Shown here one piece after another: positions 16,883 through 25,946 of a stretch of 35,441 bases of DNA (within the stretch, counting starts at the first letter, position 1; every line of letters starts with the position of its first letter). The notes under the pieces were generated by a model. That model was not told the DNA's origin and did not search any database. It worked only from the letters and a program-made list of their open reading frames with translations. The stretch comes from Candidatus Sumerlaeia bacterium (GTDB lineage Bacteria; Sumerlaeota; Sumerlaeia; SLMS01). Made by a program: the position numbers and the translations under genes. Location: contig JBBQYG010000020.1 in assembly GCA_038208905.1 (NCBI GenBank), positions 1 through 35,441 of the forward strand, read 5' to 3'.

Positions 16883-19048
16883 ATGAATTCCTATCTCGCA
16901 TTTGGTTGTCGTCTTAGATTGTTGATGGTTGCGGCCGCCGTTTTCGCGGTCGGGGTCGCCGCCGCCGCCCCGCCCGCCAACTACTATCAGACGGTGACGA
17001 CGCAGACCGGCGCGGAGCTGAAGGAGGAGCTGTACCTGATCGTCAGCGGCCAGCGCGGCTATGCCTTCAAGTCGCTCACCTATGCCGCCACGCGCGATGT
17101 GCTTCTCAACTCCGTGGACAGCGTGGGGGAGAATCAGGTGAAGATGATCTATACCAACGACATCCGCACCACCGACGGCTGGCCCGCGACGATCAATCGC
17201 GAGCATTCATGGCCCCAGTCCTACGGTTCCTCCGTGCGCCCGAAGGACGCCGATCTGCACCACCTGTTCCTGTGCGATGCCTCGATCAACAGCTCGCGGC
17301 AGAACATGCTTTACGGCTACGTGACGGGCGGAGTGATCGAGACAAACTATACCGGCCTTCCCGAGGACCAGAACATCCGCACCAGCACCGTGTGGCAGGC
17401 GTCGCCGCGCAGTCGCGGGGATGTGGCGCGCGCGATCCTCTACATGGATACGCGCTACACGGACTACTCCCTGATCAACCGGGGAGAGACCCTCGGCAGC
17501 AACCAGATGGGCTACCTCGACGACATCCTGCAATGGAACGCCGAGGACCCGGTGGACGATTGGGACCGTGGCCGCAACGACCGCGTGTTCACCTTCCAGA
17601 ACAACCGCAATCCCTACATCGACCACCCCGAGTGGATCACCCTTGTCTATGGGGCCGCCAACAATGCCGCGCCATCCATCGCCAACACCGTCACCATTCC
17701 CGCCGTTCCCGTGGAGGGACAGGCCATCGGATTCAGCACCGCCGCAACCGACGGCGACGGCGTGGCCTCGGTTCAGGCGTTCTGGCGCGTCGGTGGCGCG
17801 GGCACCTTCACGGCAACGCCAATGGCCAACGCGGGCGGCAGTACCTTCACCGCGCCGAACGCCGTCTCGATGCAGCCCGAGGGCACCATCGTGGACTACT
17901 ACGTCCGCGCGGAGGACGCCGTCGGCAACGTGTCGTTCCGTCCCGTCTCCGCCGATGTGTCCCCGCTGACCGTGGTGGTGCGCGGGGATTCGCCGGAGCT
18001 GACCGCGATGGAGATCCTTCCCGGAACCATCCGCGCTTCGGACCGCCCCAACATCTTTGTCACCGCGCGGGACAACGCCGGCGACGGCGCCGACAACCTG
18101 ACGCTCAAGGTCTTCTGGCGCTTGGCCGGAAACGGTCCGTTTGCCGAGGTTCCGATGGCGATCGTGTCGGGCACGCGGTGGGAGACCACTGTATCCCTCC
18201 CCGAGCAGCCCGAGGACACCGCCGTGCAGTACTATGTGGAGGCACGCGACGCGGGAGGAAAAACAGCGACGCTCCCCGCGGGCGGACCGGCCGATCCCTC
18301 GGCCTACTTCGTCGAGGCCGACTATCCCTTCCTCGCCATTCCCAACGCCGACGCCGTGGCGGGGAGGATCCTCCTGACCGAGTTCGCCCACCAGACCGTG
18401 GATGCCTTCACGGAGTTCGTGGAGATCGCCAACGTCTCCAGCGAGGACTACCGCATCGGCGGCCTCGTGATCACCGACAACAACGTGGGCGCGGTGTCGG
18501 AATCATGGGTGCTGTTCCCGCCGGAGGCCCGCCTTCCGCGCGGCGGAATCGTGGTGGCCTTTATCCGCGCCGCGCCGAGCCAGGAATTCCTGGACGCCAT
18601 CCCGCGCGTCTCCAACCGCGATGGCGCGCCGGTTCAGGTGTATGTGCTGGATGGCGAGCGCACCTTCGACGGACGCCCGGCCCCCTCGCTGCTGAGGGGC
18701 GACGCGGGCGAACCGAATCTCTCCACCGCCGACAACCTCTCGCTCGTGTTCTGGGCAACGGGCGTCACTCCGACGGAGGCGCATACCTCCGCCCAGGTCA
18801 TCGACGGCGTCGGCTGGGGGAATATCACCACCGCCAACAAAACCGTCGGGTGGGGACCCAACATCACCACGGACACCTCGGAGTTCAACGTCACCATCGG
18901 CAGCCGCGACGGCGCCGTCCGCATCGTTCCCGGCGACACCAACACCAAGGCCGACTGGATGTCCTACACCGGCGCCGATCAGTACACCCCTGGCGCGCTG
19001 CCGGATGCGTTCAAGGATCGGGTGGGCGAGGCGTGGGTCCTTTTTTGA
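16883..19048 (+). CDS. Secreted endonuclease I (Bsn/EndA-like) with Ig-like and lamin-tail-like domains
   Basis: NREHSWPQS, DLHHLF, RGDVARAILYMDTRY, NRNPYIDHPEW; two xxYYVxAxD Ig-like domains; ILLTEF...EFVEIAN lamin-tail-domain motif; GGAGGAG SD. Confidence 0.87.
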   Translation: MNSYLAFGCRLRLLMVAAAVFAVGVAAAAPPANYYQTVTTQTGAELKEELYLIVSGQRGYAFKSLTYAATRDVLLNSVDSVGENQVKMIYTNDIRTTDGWPATINREHSWPQSYGSSVRPKDADLHHLFLCDASINSSRQNMLYGYVTGGVIETNYTGLPEDQNIRTSTVWQASPRSRGDVARAILYMDTRYTDYSLINRGETLGSNQMGYLDDILQWNAEDPVDDWDRGRNDRVFTFQNNRNPYIDHPEWITLVYGAANNAAPSIANTVTIPAVPVEGQAIGFSTAATDGDGVASVQAFWRVGGAGTFTATPMANAGGSTFTAPNAVSMQPEGTIVDYYVRAEDAVGNVSFRPVSADVSPLTVVVRGDSPELTAMEILPGTIRASDRPNIFVTARDNAGDGADNLTLKVFWRLAGNGPFAEVPMAIVSGTRWETTVSLPEQPEDTAVQYYVEARDAGGKTATLPAGGPADPSAYFVEADYPFLAIPNADAVAGRILLTEFAHQTVDAFTEFVEIANVSSEDYRIGGLVITDNNVGAVSESWVLFPPEARLPRGGIVVAFIRAAPSQEFLDAIPRVSNRDGAPVQVYVLDGERTFDGRPAPSLLRGDAGEPNLSTADNLSLVFWATGVTPTEAHTSAQVIDGVGWGNITTANKTVGWGPNITTDTSEFNVTIGSRDGAVRIVPGDTNTKADWMSYTGADQYTPGALPDAFKDRVGEAWVLF

Positions 19049-19050
19049 AC

Positions 19051-19145
19051 AGTGGGGAGAGGCAGGAAAAAGCACGGAGCGGCAGGGAAAAGTAGGGGCC
19101 TGCCCTGCTTTTCCCCTGCCTCTCGCTGCCGTTCCCTGCCTTTAC
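19051..19145. repeat. Inverted array of degenerate 10-bp tandem repeats between convergent genes
   Basis: Left arm of GGCAGGGAAA-like units (GGCAGGAAAA, AGCACGGAGC, GGCAGGGAAA); right arm TTCCCCTGCC, TCTCGCTGCC, GTTCCCTGCC. Confidence 0.75.
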
Positions 19146-19919
19146 CTATCCTCTCGCCAACGCATACTTCTCCGCGACGTGGACCCAGTTGATGATGGCG
19201 GGGAAGGCGTCCACATAGGCGCCGCGGTTGTTCTTGTACTTGAGGTAGTAGGCGTGTTCCCATACGTCGATGCCCAGAATGGGGACGATGCCCCACTGGG
19301 TGTTGAGCTGCTGGTTCTGGGCGCCGAGGATGACGAGTTTCTGGGCGGCGAAGCTGAAGGCGAGGAGGCCCCAGCCGGAGCCCTCGACGCGCTTGCTGGC
19401 GGCGGCCAGGTGGGACCACATGGCGTCGAAGCCGCCGAAGTCCCGGTCGATGGCCTTGGCCAGATCGCCGGTCGGCTTTCCGCCCATGCTCCCCTCTCCC
19501 TCGTCGGGCGGGCCGATGGAATCCCAAAACAGGCAGTGGAGGAAATGCCCGCCGCCGTGGAACGCGGATTGGCGCGACCAGTGATCGACGAGGTCGAAAT
19601 TCCCCGCGGCGCGCGCCTCGGCCAGGGCCTTCTCGGCGGCAATCAGCCCGGCCACATAGCCGGCATGGTGCTTGTCGTGGTGGAGGCGCATGGTCTCCTC
19701 GTCGATGACCTCCTTCACGGCGTCATAGCCATAGCGAAGCGGCGGCAACACATAGGCGCCCGATCCATCGATGGCGCCCGGCACCAGATTCATCAGCGAG
19801 TGGGCGGAGTCCGTGGTGTGGGCGCTCGCGCTTCCCGGCGACAGCGCCGACAGCGCGGCGGCCCCCCCGGCGACGGCCCCGGCGACAAGAAAATCCCTGC
19901 GATTCAGTTCATGGTTCAT
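19146..19919 (-). CDS. sodA: Superoxide dismutase Fe/Mn family (probably Mn) with Tat signal peptide
   Basis: NRRDFL twin-arginine signal; LHHDKHH, FHGGGHFLH, GSGWG, DVWEHAYY; GGG before the second His ligand and QNQ suggest Mn type. Confidence 0.88.
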   Translation of the reverse strand: MNHELNRRDFLVAGAVAGGAAALSALSPGSASAHTTDSAHSLMNLVPGAIDGSGAYVLPPLRYGYDAVKEVIDEETMRLHHDKHHAGYVAGLIAAEKALAEARAAGNFDLVDHWSRQSAFHGGGHFLHCLFWDSIGPPDEGEGSMGGKPTGDLAKAIDRDFGGFDAMWSHLAAASKRVEGSGWGLLAFSFAAQKLVILGAQNQQLNTQWGIVPILGIDVWEHAYYLKYKNNRGAYVDAFPAIINWVHVAEKYALARG

Positions 19920-19985
19920 GTAGGGCTCCTATGGAATTGATCTATGTCCCATGGTGCATAGGTGGTCATGGGGGGGCAGCAGAAA

Positions 19986-20052
19986 AAAGAGGGAAAGACG
20001 GGAACGGCGGATTTTTCTGTTGTTCCCGTTTTTTCCGCCGTTTGCGCCGTTT
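19986..20052. repeat. Inverted array of degenerate 9-bp repeats
   Basis: AAGAGGGAA-AGACGGGAA-CGGCGG, then TTCCCGTTT-TTTCCGCCG-TTTGCGCCG. Confidence 0.55.
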
Positions 20053-20084
20053 AAAAACAAGAGGCGGGCTCCGAAGAGCCCGCC
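20053..20084 (-). terminator. Rho-independent terminator of the pilin gene
   Basis: Minus strand GGCGGGCTC-TTCG-GAGCCCGCC (9-bp stem, C(UUCG)G loop) followed by TCTTGTTTTT. Confidence 0.8.
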
Positions 20085-20119
20085 CCGCAAAAGCCGGCCT
20101 GAGTGATCAGGCTAGCGTA

Positions 20120-20488
20120 TCAGGAACCGTCGGCCTGGGGGAAGACGTGGGGGAAGTTAGCCTGGGTGGACAGCGAGCAGGCGGGATCAACGTCAACCGC
20201 GCCGATGGTGTAGACGCCGTTGCCGGGGCACTCGGGCGACTTGCGGATGTAGTTGGCGTTGCCAATGAGATCGGCCCACGTGGGGGTCGACGTGCCGGCA
20301 ACGTTCGTCTCAAGCGCCCAGGACTGCTTGGCGCCGTCGACCTTGGACTGGTTCTCCTGGCAGGCATTGCGGCGCGAGATTTCGCGGGCGCGGAGGAAGC
20401 TGGGGACGGCGATCGCGATCAGGATGCCGATGATGGCAACCACGATCATGATCTCAACGAGGGTGAAGCCTTTGGTGCTGCGAACCAT
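20120..20488 (-). CDS. Type IV pilin-like protein (short, likely major pilin)
   Basis: Class III signal KG|FTLVEIMIVVAIIGIL with E5; three Cys; strong SD AAAAGGAG. Confidence 0.88.
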   Translation of the reverse strand: MVRSTKGFTLVEIMIVVAIIGILIAIAVPSFLRAREISRRNACQENQSKVDGAKQSWALETNVAGTSTPTWADLIGNANYIRKSPECPGNGVYTIGAVDVDPACSLSTQANFPHVFPQADGS

Positions 20489-20544
20489 GGGAGGTCTCCT
20501 TTTTGAGTGCGGCGGTCAGTTGTCCGCTGTGTCGCGTCCATCCA

Positions 20545-20562
20545 TTGCACCCTCGGTGCCAG
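20545..20562 (-). promoter_or_regulatory. Sigma54 (-24/-12) promoter of the pilin gene
   Basis: Minus strand CTGGCACCGAGGGTGCAA: TGGCAC core, GG-N10-GC spacing, ~60 bp upstream of the ATG. Confidence 0.6.
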
Positions 20563-20757
20563 ATGCTGGTGCCCTTGTCGAAAATCGGCCAGTTCGTTAT
20601 TCAAAGCCTTTGGTATCAGTGGTATAAGGATTATTCGCCTGGCGGGATGGCAGCTCTCTGGGGCGGTAAATGCAGGGAATCGTGGCCATGTGCACTTACC
20701 CACGGGTAACACGATTCACACTTCCTGTTGAGTGGATTTCCCACGCTCTGAATGTGG

Positions 20758-21894
20758 TCACTTTGTTGACACCCGGCGGCCCAGTTCCGCCAAGGAGTCG
20801 GCCAACGCCAGCATGTCGGCCACGGTTGTGGCGGCGCCCGGCGTGATGCGAACGGCCCCCCCGGCGCGAGCCTCGTCGCCGGGGAACATCGCGCGCAGGG
20901 CCGGCGAGGCCTCCATGACCCCCGTGGCGCAGGCCGCCCCCGAGGACACCGCGAAACCCCGCCCGTCCAGCGCCACTACTGCATCGGCGCCATCGAGTCC
21001 CGGGATGCGCAGGCTGAGAAAACCCGGTAGGCGCGCGTCTGCCGCGCCGCCATTGACCTCGTGAGCCACGCCCAGATCGGCCAAGCGCCGGAGGAACACT
21101 GACTCCAGATTGCGAAGGTGCTGGTTCCGGGCCTCGCGCCGGTCCTCCGCCTGGCGCAGGGCCATGGCGAATCCCCGGATAAGGGCCACCGGCTGGGTTC
21201 CCGCGCGGAGGTCCCCCTCCTGCGGTCCGCCGGTGATCATCGGCAGGAGCCGCATCACCCCCGGCCCGGCGAGGAGCCCCACCCCCGGCGGACCATATAC
21301 CTTGTGCGAGGACATCGAAACGAGGTCGGCGCCGAGGTCCGCGATGCGGACCGGCGCGGCGCCGAAAAACTGGGTCACGTCGCAGAGCCAGAGCCCGCCG
21401 CCCGCGCGCCGCAACCTCGTCGCGCCCGCCAAGTCCTGAAGCACGCCCGTTTCGTTCTGGGCCGCCATCAGGCAAAGCAGGTCCACGCCATCGGAGGTTT
21501 CGGGAAGCTGCGCCCTTCCCCCCGGCGTAACCGGCATCGCGAAAACATCCGCCAGCCCCCGCGAGGCGAGGTCTGCCGTGGTCTCCCGGATACAGGAGTG
21601 CTCCAAATCGGATGTCAGGACGCGCAATCGCCGCCCCTGACGCCGCCAGACTTCGGCAATTCCGCGCAGGGCGAGGTTGTTTGCCTCGGTCGCGCTGGAG
21701 AGAAAGACGATCTCACCGGGAGACACAGCCAGAATGGCGGCGGTCTCTGCGCGGGACTCTTCCAGGAGAGCGCGGGCCTTTTGACCCGGCACGTGAACCG
21801 AGGAGGCATTCATGGGCAGGGCCATCAGCCGCGCAATTTCCTCGCGGATCATTGCATCCACCGGCGTTGTCGAGGCATGATCCAGAAAGATCAC
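20758..21894 (-). CDS. iscS: Cysteine desulfurase (IscS/NifS family, class V PLP)
   Basis: IFLDHASTTP, SATEANN, SSHKVYGP (PLP Lys), SSGAAC (catalytic Cys); start reassigned to GTG 21894 behind an AAGGAGG SD. Confidence 0.88.
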   Translation of the reverse strand: MIFLDHASTTPVDAMIREEIARLMALPMNASSVHVPGQKARALLEESRAETAAILAVSPGEIVFLSSATEANNLALRGIAEVWRRQGRRLRVLTSDLEHSCIRETTADLASRGLADVFAMPVTPGGRAQLPETSDGVDLLCLMAAQNETGVLQDLAGATRLRRAGGGLWLCDVTQFFGAAPVRIADLGADLVSMSSHKVYGPPGVGLLAGPGVMRLLPMITGGPQEGDLRAGTQPVALIRGFAMALRQAEDRREARNQHLRNLESVFLRRLADLGVAHEVNGGAADARLPGFLSLRIPGLDGADAVVALDGRGFAVSSGAACATGVMEASPALRAMFPGDEARAGGAVRITPGAATTVADMLALADSLAELGRRVSTK

Positions 21895-22156
21895 TGGCTG
21901 GCCCTCCTTGGCCACCTGCTTGCTCCCTATGTCTATGCGAGCGCGGAGGACCACCGCAAGGGTCGCGCTCGAATAAAACTTTATCGCTAATCTGGTCCTC
22001 GCTCCACCGCAACCGGCGCAAAGTTTGCCGCCTTCGCTTGACTCGGATAGCCATCCGGTAGGGTGCTACAACCAAGTTAACCCGCACAGGCACCCTTTCG
22101 AGCCGCCTTTCCCCGCCCCTGGTCTGAGGGCGCCCAACGACCGAGGAGATTAGACT

Positions 22157-22759
22157 TTGGCCACCGCCACGGTTCCCCCCCGAATGATGAACGAAGCCCA
22201 AGCACAGCAGAATGCCGGTCGCAACATCCAGTGCGCCGTGCTGGACGATGGCGAGATCGCGCTCGTCCGCGTAGGCGGCCGCGCCAACTTCATGAACTCG
22301 CTCCCCCTCAAGAAGTTCGCCGCCACCATCTCCGAGGCCATTGCCAAGCCCCGCTTCATCGTGGACCTCCACGAATGCGAATCGATGGATTCCACCTTCA
22401 TGGGCGTTCTGGCGGGCATCTGCATCACGCTCTCCCAGAAGGGCGCCCCGCGCATGATCGTGCTCAACGCCAACGAGCACTGTTGCCGCCTCCTCAAGAA
22501 CCTTGGCCTGACCCACCTGCTCGAACTCCGCAAGGAGGGCGACATCCCCGCCCTCAACGTCACCGACGCCGATTTTCAGGAGGCGGGCCCGACCCAGATC
22601 ACCCGCACCGAGCAGATTTGCCTCACCTTGCAGGCCCACAAGGACCTCGTCCGCATCGACGGCGGAAACGAAGTACGCTTTCAGGCCGTCATCGAGTACC
22701 TCGAGGAAAGCCTCAACAAGGAAGGCGCCCCCTGCCCCCCCGACAAGAAGCCCGAGTAG
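22157..22759 (+). CDS. STAS-domain anti-sigma-factor antagonist
   Basis: VDLHECESMDSTFMGVL (phospho-Ser motif DS), LLKNLGL; GAGGAG SD before the TTG start. Confidence 0.85.
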   Translation: MATATVPPRMMNEAQAQQNAGRNIQCAVLDDGEIALVRVGGRANFMNSLPLKKFAATISEAIAKPRFIVDLHECESMDSTFMGVLAGICITLSQKGAPRMIVLNANEHCCRLLKNLGLTHLLELRKEGDIPALNVTDADFQEAGPTQITRTEQICLTLQAHKDLVRIDGGNEVRFQAVIEYLEESLNKEGAPCPPDKKPE

Positions 22760-22774
22760 ACACCCGGGCCCGCC

Positions 22775-23581
22775 ATGAGCCAGGCTCGCGTCCTTCGCGC
22801 GATCGTTCTTAAGTCCCACGACACCGGCAACACGTCCGAAGTGGTCCACGTCCTCACCGGCGAACTGGGCCGCCTCTCCGTGTATGCGCGCGGGTTGAAG
22901 GATCCGCGCAGTCGCCACGCGGGCGTCCTCCAGCCGCTCTCCGAAGTGGAACTCTCGCTGCATCTGAAGGACGGCGCCGACCTCGGAACACTCCGCGACG
23001 CGACGTTGATCGACGCGCACCCAGCGATCGCGTCGGACCTCGAACGCCTGGCCCTCGGTCTTCTCCTCGCCGAGGCCGCCTCCACCGCTGGCGAACCGGG
23101 CCACCCCTGCGAGGACGCCTACGAGGCGCTTCGCCAAGGGCTCGCCCGCATCGAGCCCGCGTCGGGGCTCCCGCCGCTCGACAGCACGTGCGCCGCGCTG
23201 GCGGACCTGCTCCACGCGATGGGCTATGGGCCCCAGCTCGACGCGACCGCCACGCGACCGTGGCCCGCGGGCGAGCCGCGCCCCACCTGCTTCTGGCTCC
23301 GCCCCGAGACCGCCACGATCCACCTCGCCAACCGCCAGCCCACCGCCCCCCCCGACTGGCCCATCACCCGCCCCCGCGCCACCACCGATTTCCCCATCCC
23401 GCCGTCCGCCGTCCGCTTCCTCCACAACCTCGCCCAAGGCGACGCCGTCCCCCGCCTCACGGCCCCCGAAGCCATGCAACTCATCGAGGCACTTGTCCGC
23501 ATCGCCGAACTCCACCATGACGCGCCGCTTCGCGCGAACCGGTTCTGGCGGGAGATCAGCGGGCAGGAAAAGCAGGGATGA
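22775..23581 (+). CDS. recO: DNA repair protein RecO
   Basis: AIVLKSHD...VVHVLTGELGRLSVYARG...LQPLS N-terminal OB fold; GYGPQL; divergent C-terminal part lacking the 4-Cys Zn finger. Confidence 0.8.
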   Translation: MSQARVLRAIVLKSHDTGNTSEVVHVLTGELGRLSVYARGLKDPRSRHAGVLQPLSEVELSLHLKDGADLGTLRDATLIDAHPAIASDLERLALGLLLAEAASTAGEPGHPCEDAYEALRQGLARIEPASGLPPLDSTCAALADLLHAMGYGPQLDATATRPWPAGEPRPTCFWLRPETATIHLANRQPTAPPDWPITRPRATTDFPIPPSAVRFLHNLAQGDAVPRLTAPEAMQLIEALVRIAELHHDAPLRANRFWREISGQEKQG

Positions 23582-23750
23582 GGTAGGAGGGATGAGGGAT
23601 TTTTTTGTACAGTCAGGACATGGGTACCACCGGCGGCGGTTCTTCGGTTTCTGGCGAGGGGTGGGACTGATGGGACGTATGCGTCGGCGGGGAGACACCT
23701 CAGCGACACGCCCCCGCCGTTGCTTTTCATCCCTCATCCCTGCCGTTCAT
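23579..23750. repeat. Inverted array of 7-bp repeats with internal 9-bp repeats
   Basis: ATGAGGT-AGGAGGG-ATGAGGG on the left, TTCATCC-CTCATCC-CTGCCGT-TCATC on the right; GTGGGACTG-ATGGGACGT-ATG between them. Confidence 0.55.
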
Positions 23751-23809
23751 CTCCGCTTGCCGGGAACCCCGCCTTCGTCGCACCGTTGCCTTGGAGCAGC
23801 GCGAACCCC

Positions 23810-25858
23810 ATGAGTGATTGGCAGGAAAACCAGAGCGAGGCCGAGACCCTCTGTGAAGAGGGGCAGCGGCTGATGGACGCGGGTCGGCTGGCGAGCGCGG
23901 GGAATTGCTTCGAGCGGGCGGTGAAGCTGGCGCCGGAGTTTTCCGAGGCGCTGTTCCAGCTCGGCAATTTCTATCTGGAGACGAGCCGCGCCGATGAAGC
24001 GATCGCGGTGCTGCGGCGCGCGGTGGCGCTGGATCCGCAGAACGGCGAAATCCATCTGGTGCTGGGCGAAGCCTATCTGCTGGCGGAGCGCCCGGCGACG
24101 GCGGTGGTACCGCTGCGCGATGCCGCGCGCCTGCGGCCCTTCAGCCCCGAGGTCCACGCCGCCCTTGGCCGCGCCACCCATGCCGCCGAACGCCCCGAGG
24201 AAGCCGAGGAGCATTTCCAGCAGGCCCTGGAAATCGATCCCCAATTCGTGGACGCATGGCTGGGGCTCGCGAAGGTCTATTTCGACAACCAGCGGCTGGA
24301 CAAATCCATCGAGATGCTGGACGAGGCCGCGCGGTGCGACCCGGCGCATCCGCTGCCGCCGCTCTATCGCGGCATCGCCCGCCTGGAGCTCGAAGAAGAG
24401 GCCGCCGCGCGGGAGGATTTCCTGGCGGTGACGCGGCTTGATCCCGAGGAGCCGCAGGGGTGGTTCCACCTTGGCCGGCTGAGGCATCTGGCCGGCGAAA
24501 CAGACGCGGCGATTCCCGATCTGGAGCGCGCGCTGCTGATCGATCCCGCCTATGCCCAGGCGTCGCTTTTCCTGGCCGACATCCACCGCGACCGCGCGGA
24601 GCACGACCGCGCCGCCCGCGTTCTGGAGGCGGCGCTGGAATCCGACGAGCGCAATATCGACCTGCTCTTCAACCTCGGCGTCGAGTTGCAGTCCCTCGGC
24701 AAGAACGCCCGCGCCATCGACACCTATAACCGGGTGCTGGGCGAGTATCCCGAGCATCCCGACGCCCTCAACAATCTGTCCTCGATCTTTCGCGAGGAGG
24801 ACAATCTGCGCGCGGCCATCGCCTGCGCCCACGAGGCGCTCCGCCACCTGCCCGACCACGGATTCGCCCACTGCAACATGGGCCTGGCGCTGGAGGCCCT
24901 GGGCCAGGACGACGACGCGCTGTCGCATTTCGCGGAGGCCCGCCGCCTCCTTCCCGCGGAGGTCGGCCCCCATCTGTATGCGGCGCGGCTGCTGTTGCGG
25001 CTTGGGCGCAATCGGGAGGCCGTGGGTGCGCTCCGCGGCGCCCTCGCCGCGGATCCCGCGGATGAATACTCGCTCTATCACCTTGGCACAGCGTATCTGG
25101 AGATGGGCCGCTTCGACGAGGCGGCGGAGACAATCCAGCGGCTGGTGGATCGGTCCCCGAATCGGCCGGAATTCCTGACGGTTCTGGGCGTGGCGCTGGT
25201 CAGCGCGGGGCGCGCCCTTGCCGCGATCCCAGTGCTGAGGGAGGCGGCGGCGCTCGACCGCGAATCCGTCGATATTCACCTCAAGCTCGCCTATGCCTTG
25301 CAGGAGGCCAGTCGTTTCGCGGAGGGGCGTGAGGCCCTGCGCCACGCGGCGCGGCTGGAGCCAGTAAATCCCCTGCCGCTGATGGAACTGGCCAGATCCC
25401 ATGCCCGCGGCGGCGACTGGCATGGCGCCGTGGAGCCGGTCTGCCGACTCGTCCGCCTGGATCCATCGCCCGCCAACATCGACCGCCTTGGCTATGCCGC
25501 GCGGCGTGGCCGGGGACGGCGCCGCGCGCTGGCCACGATGGAGCGCGTGCTGGGCCGCGACCCGGGCAACAAGGCGGCGGCGATGCTTGCCCTGGCGTTC
25601 ACGATCGACACGCTTCGGATCCGGCGAATTCCCGCCGCGTTTATGCGCGCGCGGCGCCTCGCGGGGGGCTCTGCGGAGGCGGAATTGCTGCGGCCCATTC
25701 GATGGGCCCTGCTCGGGCTGGTTGTTGCGGGACTGCTTGCCTATGTTGCAACCTACGATGGCTTCGCCGGGCTTGCCGCGCTGGTTGCCGGGTTGCTGTC
25801 GGTCATCGGCGGTTTCGCCCTGCGCCGCCGCTCAGCCGCCCGCCCCACGGAGCTTTGA
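23810..25858 (+). CDS. Long TPR-repeat protein with C-terminal membrane anchor
   Basis: Continuous 34-aa TPR periodicity (A..LG...A...A..LDP) over ~550 aa; two hydrophobic helices followed by RRR at the C-terminus; start at ATG 23810. Confidence 0.85.
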   Translation: MSDWQENQSEAETLCEEGQRLMDAGRLASAGNCFERAVKLAPEFSEALFQLGNFYLETSRADEAIAVLRRAVALDPQNGEIHLVLGEAYLLAERPATAVVPLRDAARLRPFSPEVHAALGRATHAAERPEEAEEHFQQALEIDPQFVDAWLGLAKVYFDNQRLDKSIEMLDEAARCDPAHPLPPLYRGIARLELEEEAAAREDFLAVTRLDPEEPQGWFHLGRLRHLAGETDAAIPDLERALLIDPAYAQASLFLADIHRDRAEHDRAARVLEAALESDERNIDLLFNLGVELQSLGKNARAIDTYNRVLGEYPEHPDALNNLSSIFREEDNLRAAIACAHEALRHLPDHGFAHCNMGLALEALGQDDDALSHFAEARRLLPAEVGPHLYAARLLLRLGRNREAVGALRGALAADPADEYSLYHLGTAYLEMGRFDEAAETIQRLVDRSPNRPEFLTVLGVALVSAGRALAAIPVLREAAALDRESVDIHLKLAYALQEASRFAEGREALRHAARLEPVNPLPLMELARSHARGGDWHGAVEPVCRLVRLDPSPANIDRLGYAARRGRGRRRALATMERVLGRDPGNKAAAMLALAFTIDTLRIRRIPAAFMRARRLAGGSAEAELLRPIRWALLGLVVAGLLAYVATYDGFAGLAALVAGLLSVIGGFALRRRSAARPTEL

Positions 25859-25946
25859 CCCTTGCAAGCCGGGCCCCGCTGGCGATGATGCCAGCGACGC
25901 GGCCCGACACGGCGCGATCCCCAGCACCGTTAGCCCCCGCGCGACC

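Noticed and set aside
7392-19048. C-terminal tails as PEP-CTERM/VPDSG-CTERM, LPXTG or T9SS CTD
   Set aside because: No TM helix or basic tail follows VPD/LPE, and no T9SS CTD-like domain is evident.
22038-22064. Sigma70 promoter TTGACT...TAGGGT before the STAS gene
   Set aside because: The spacer is only 15 bp.
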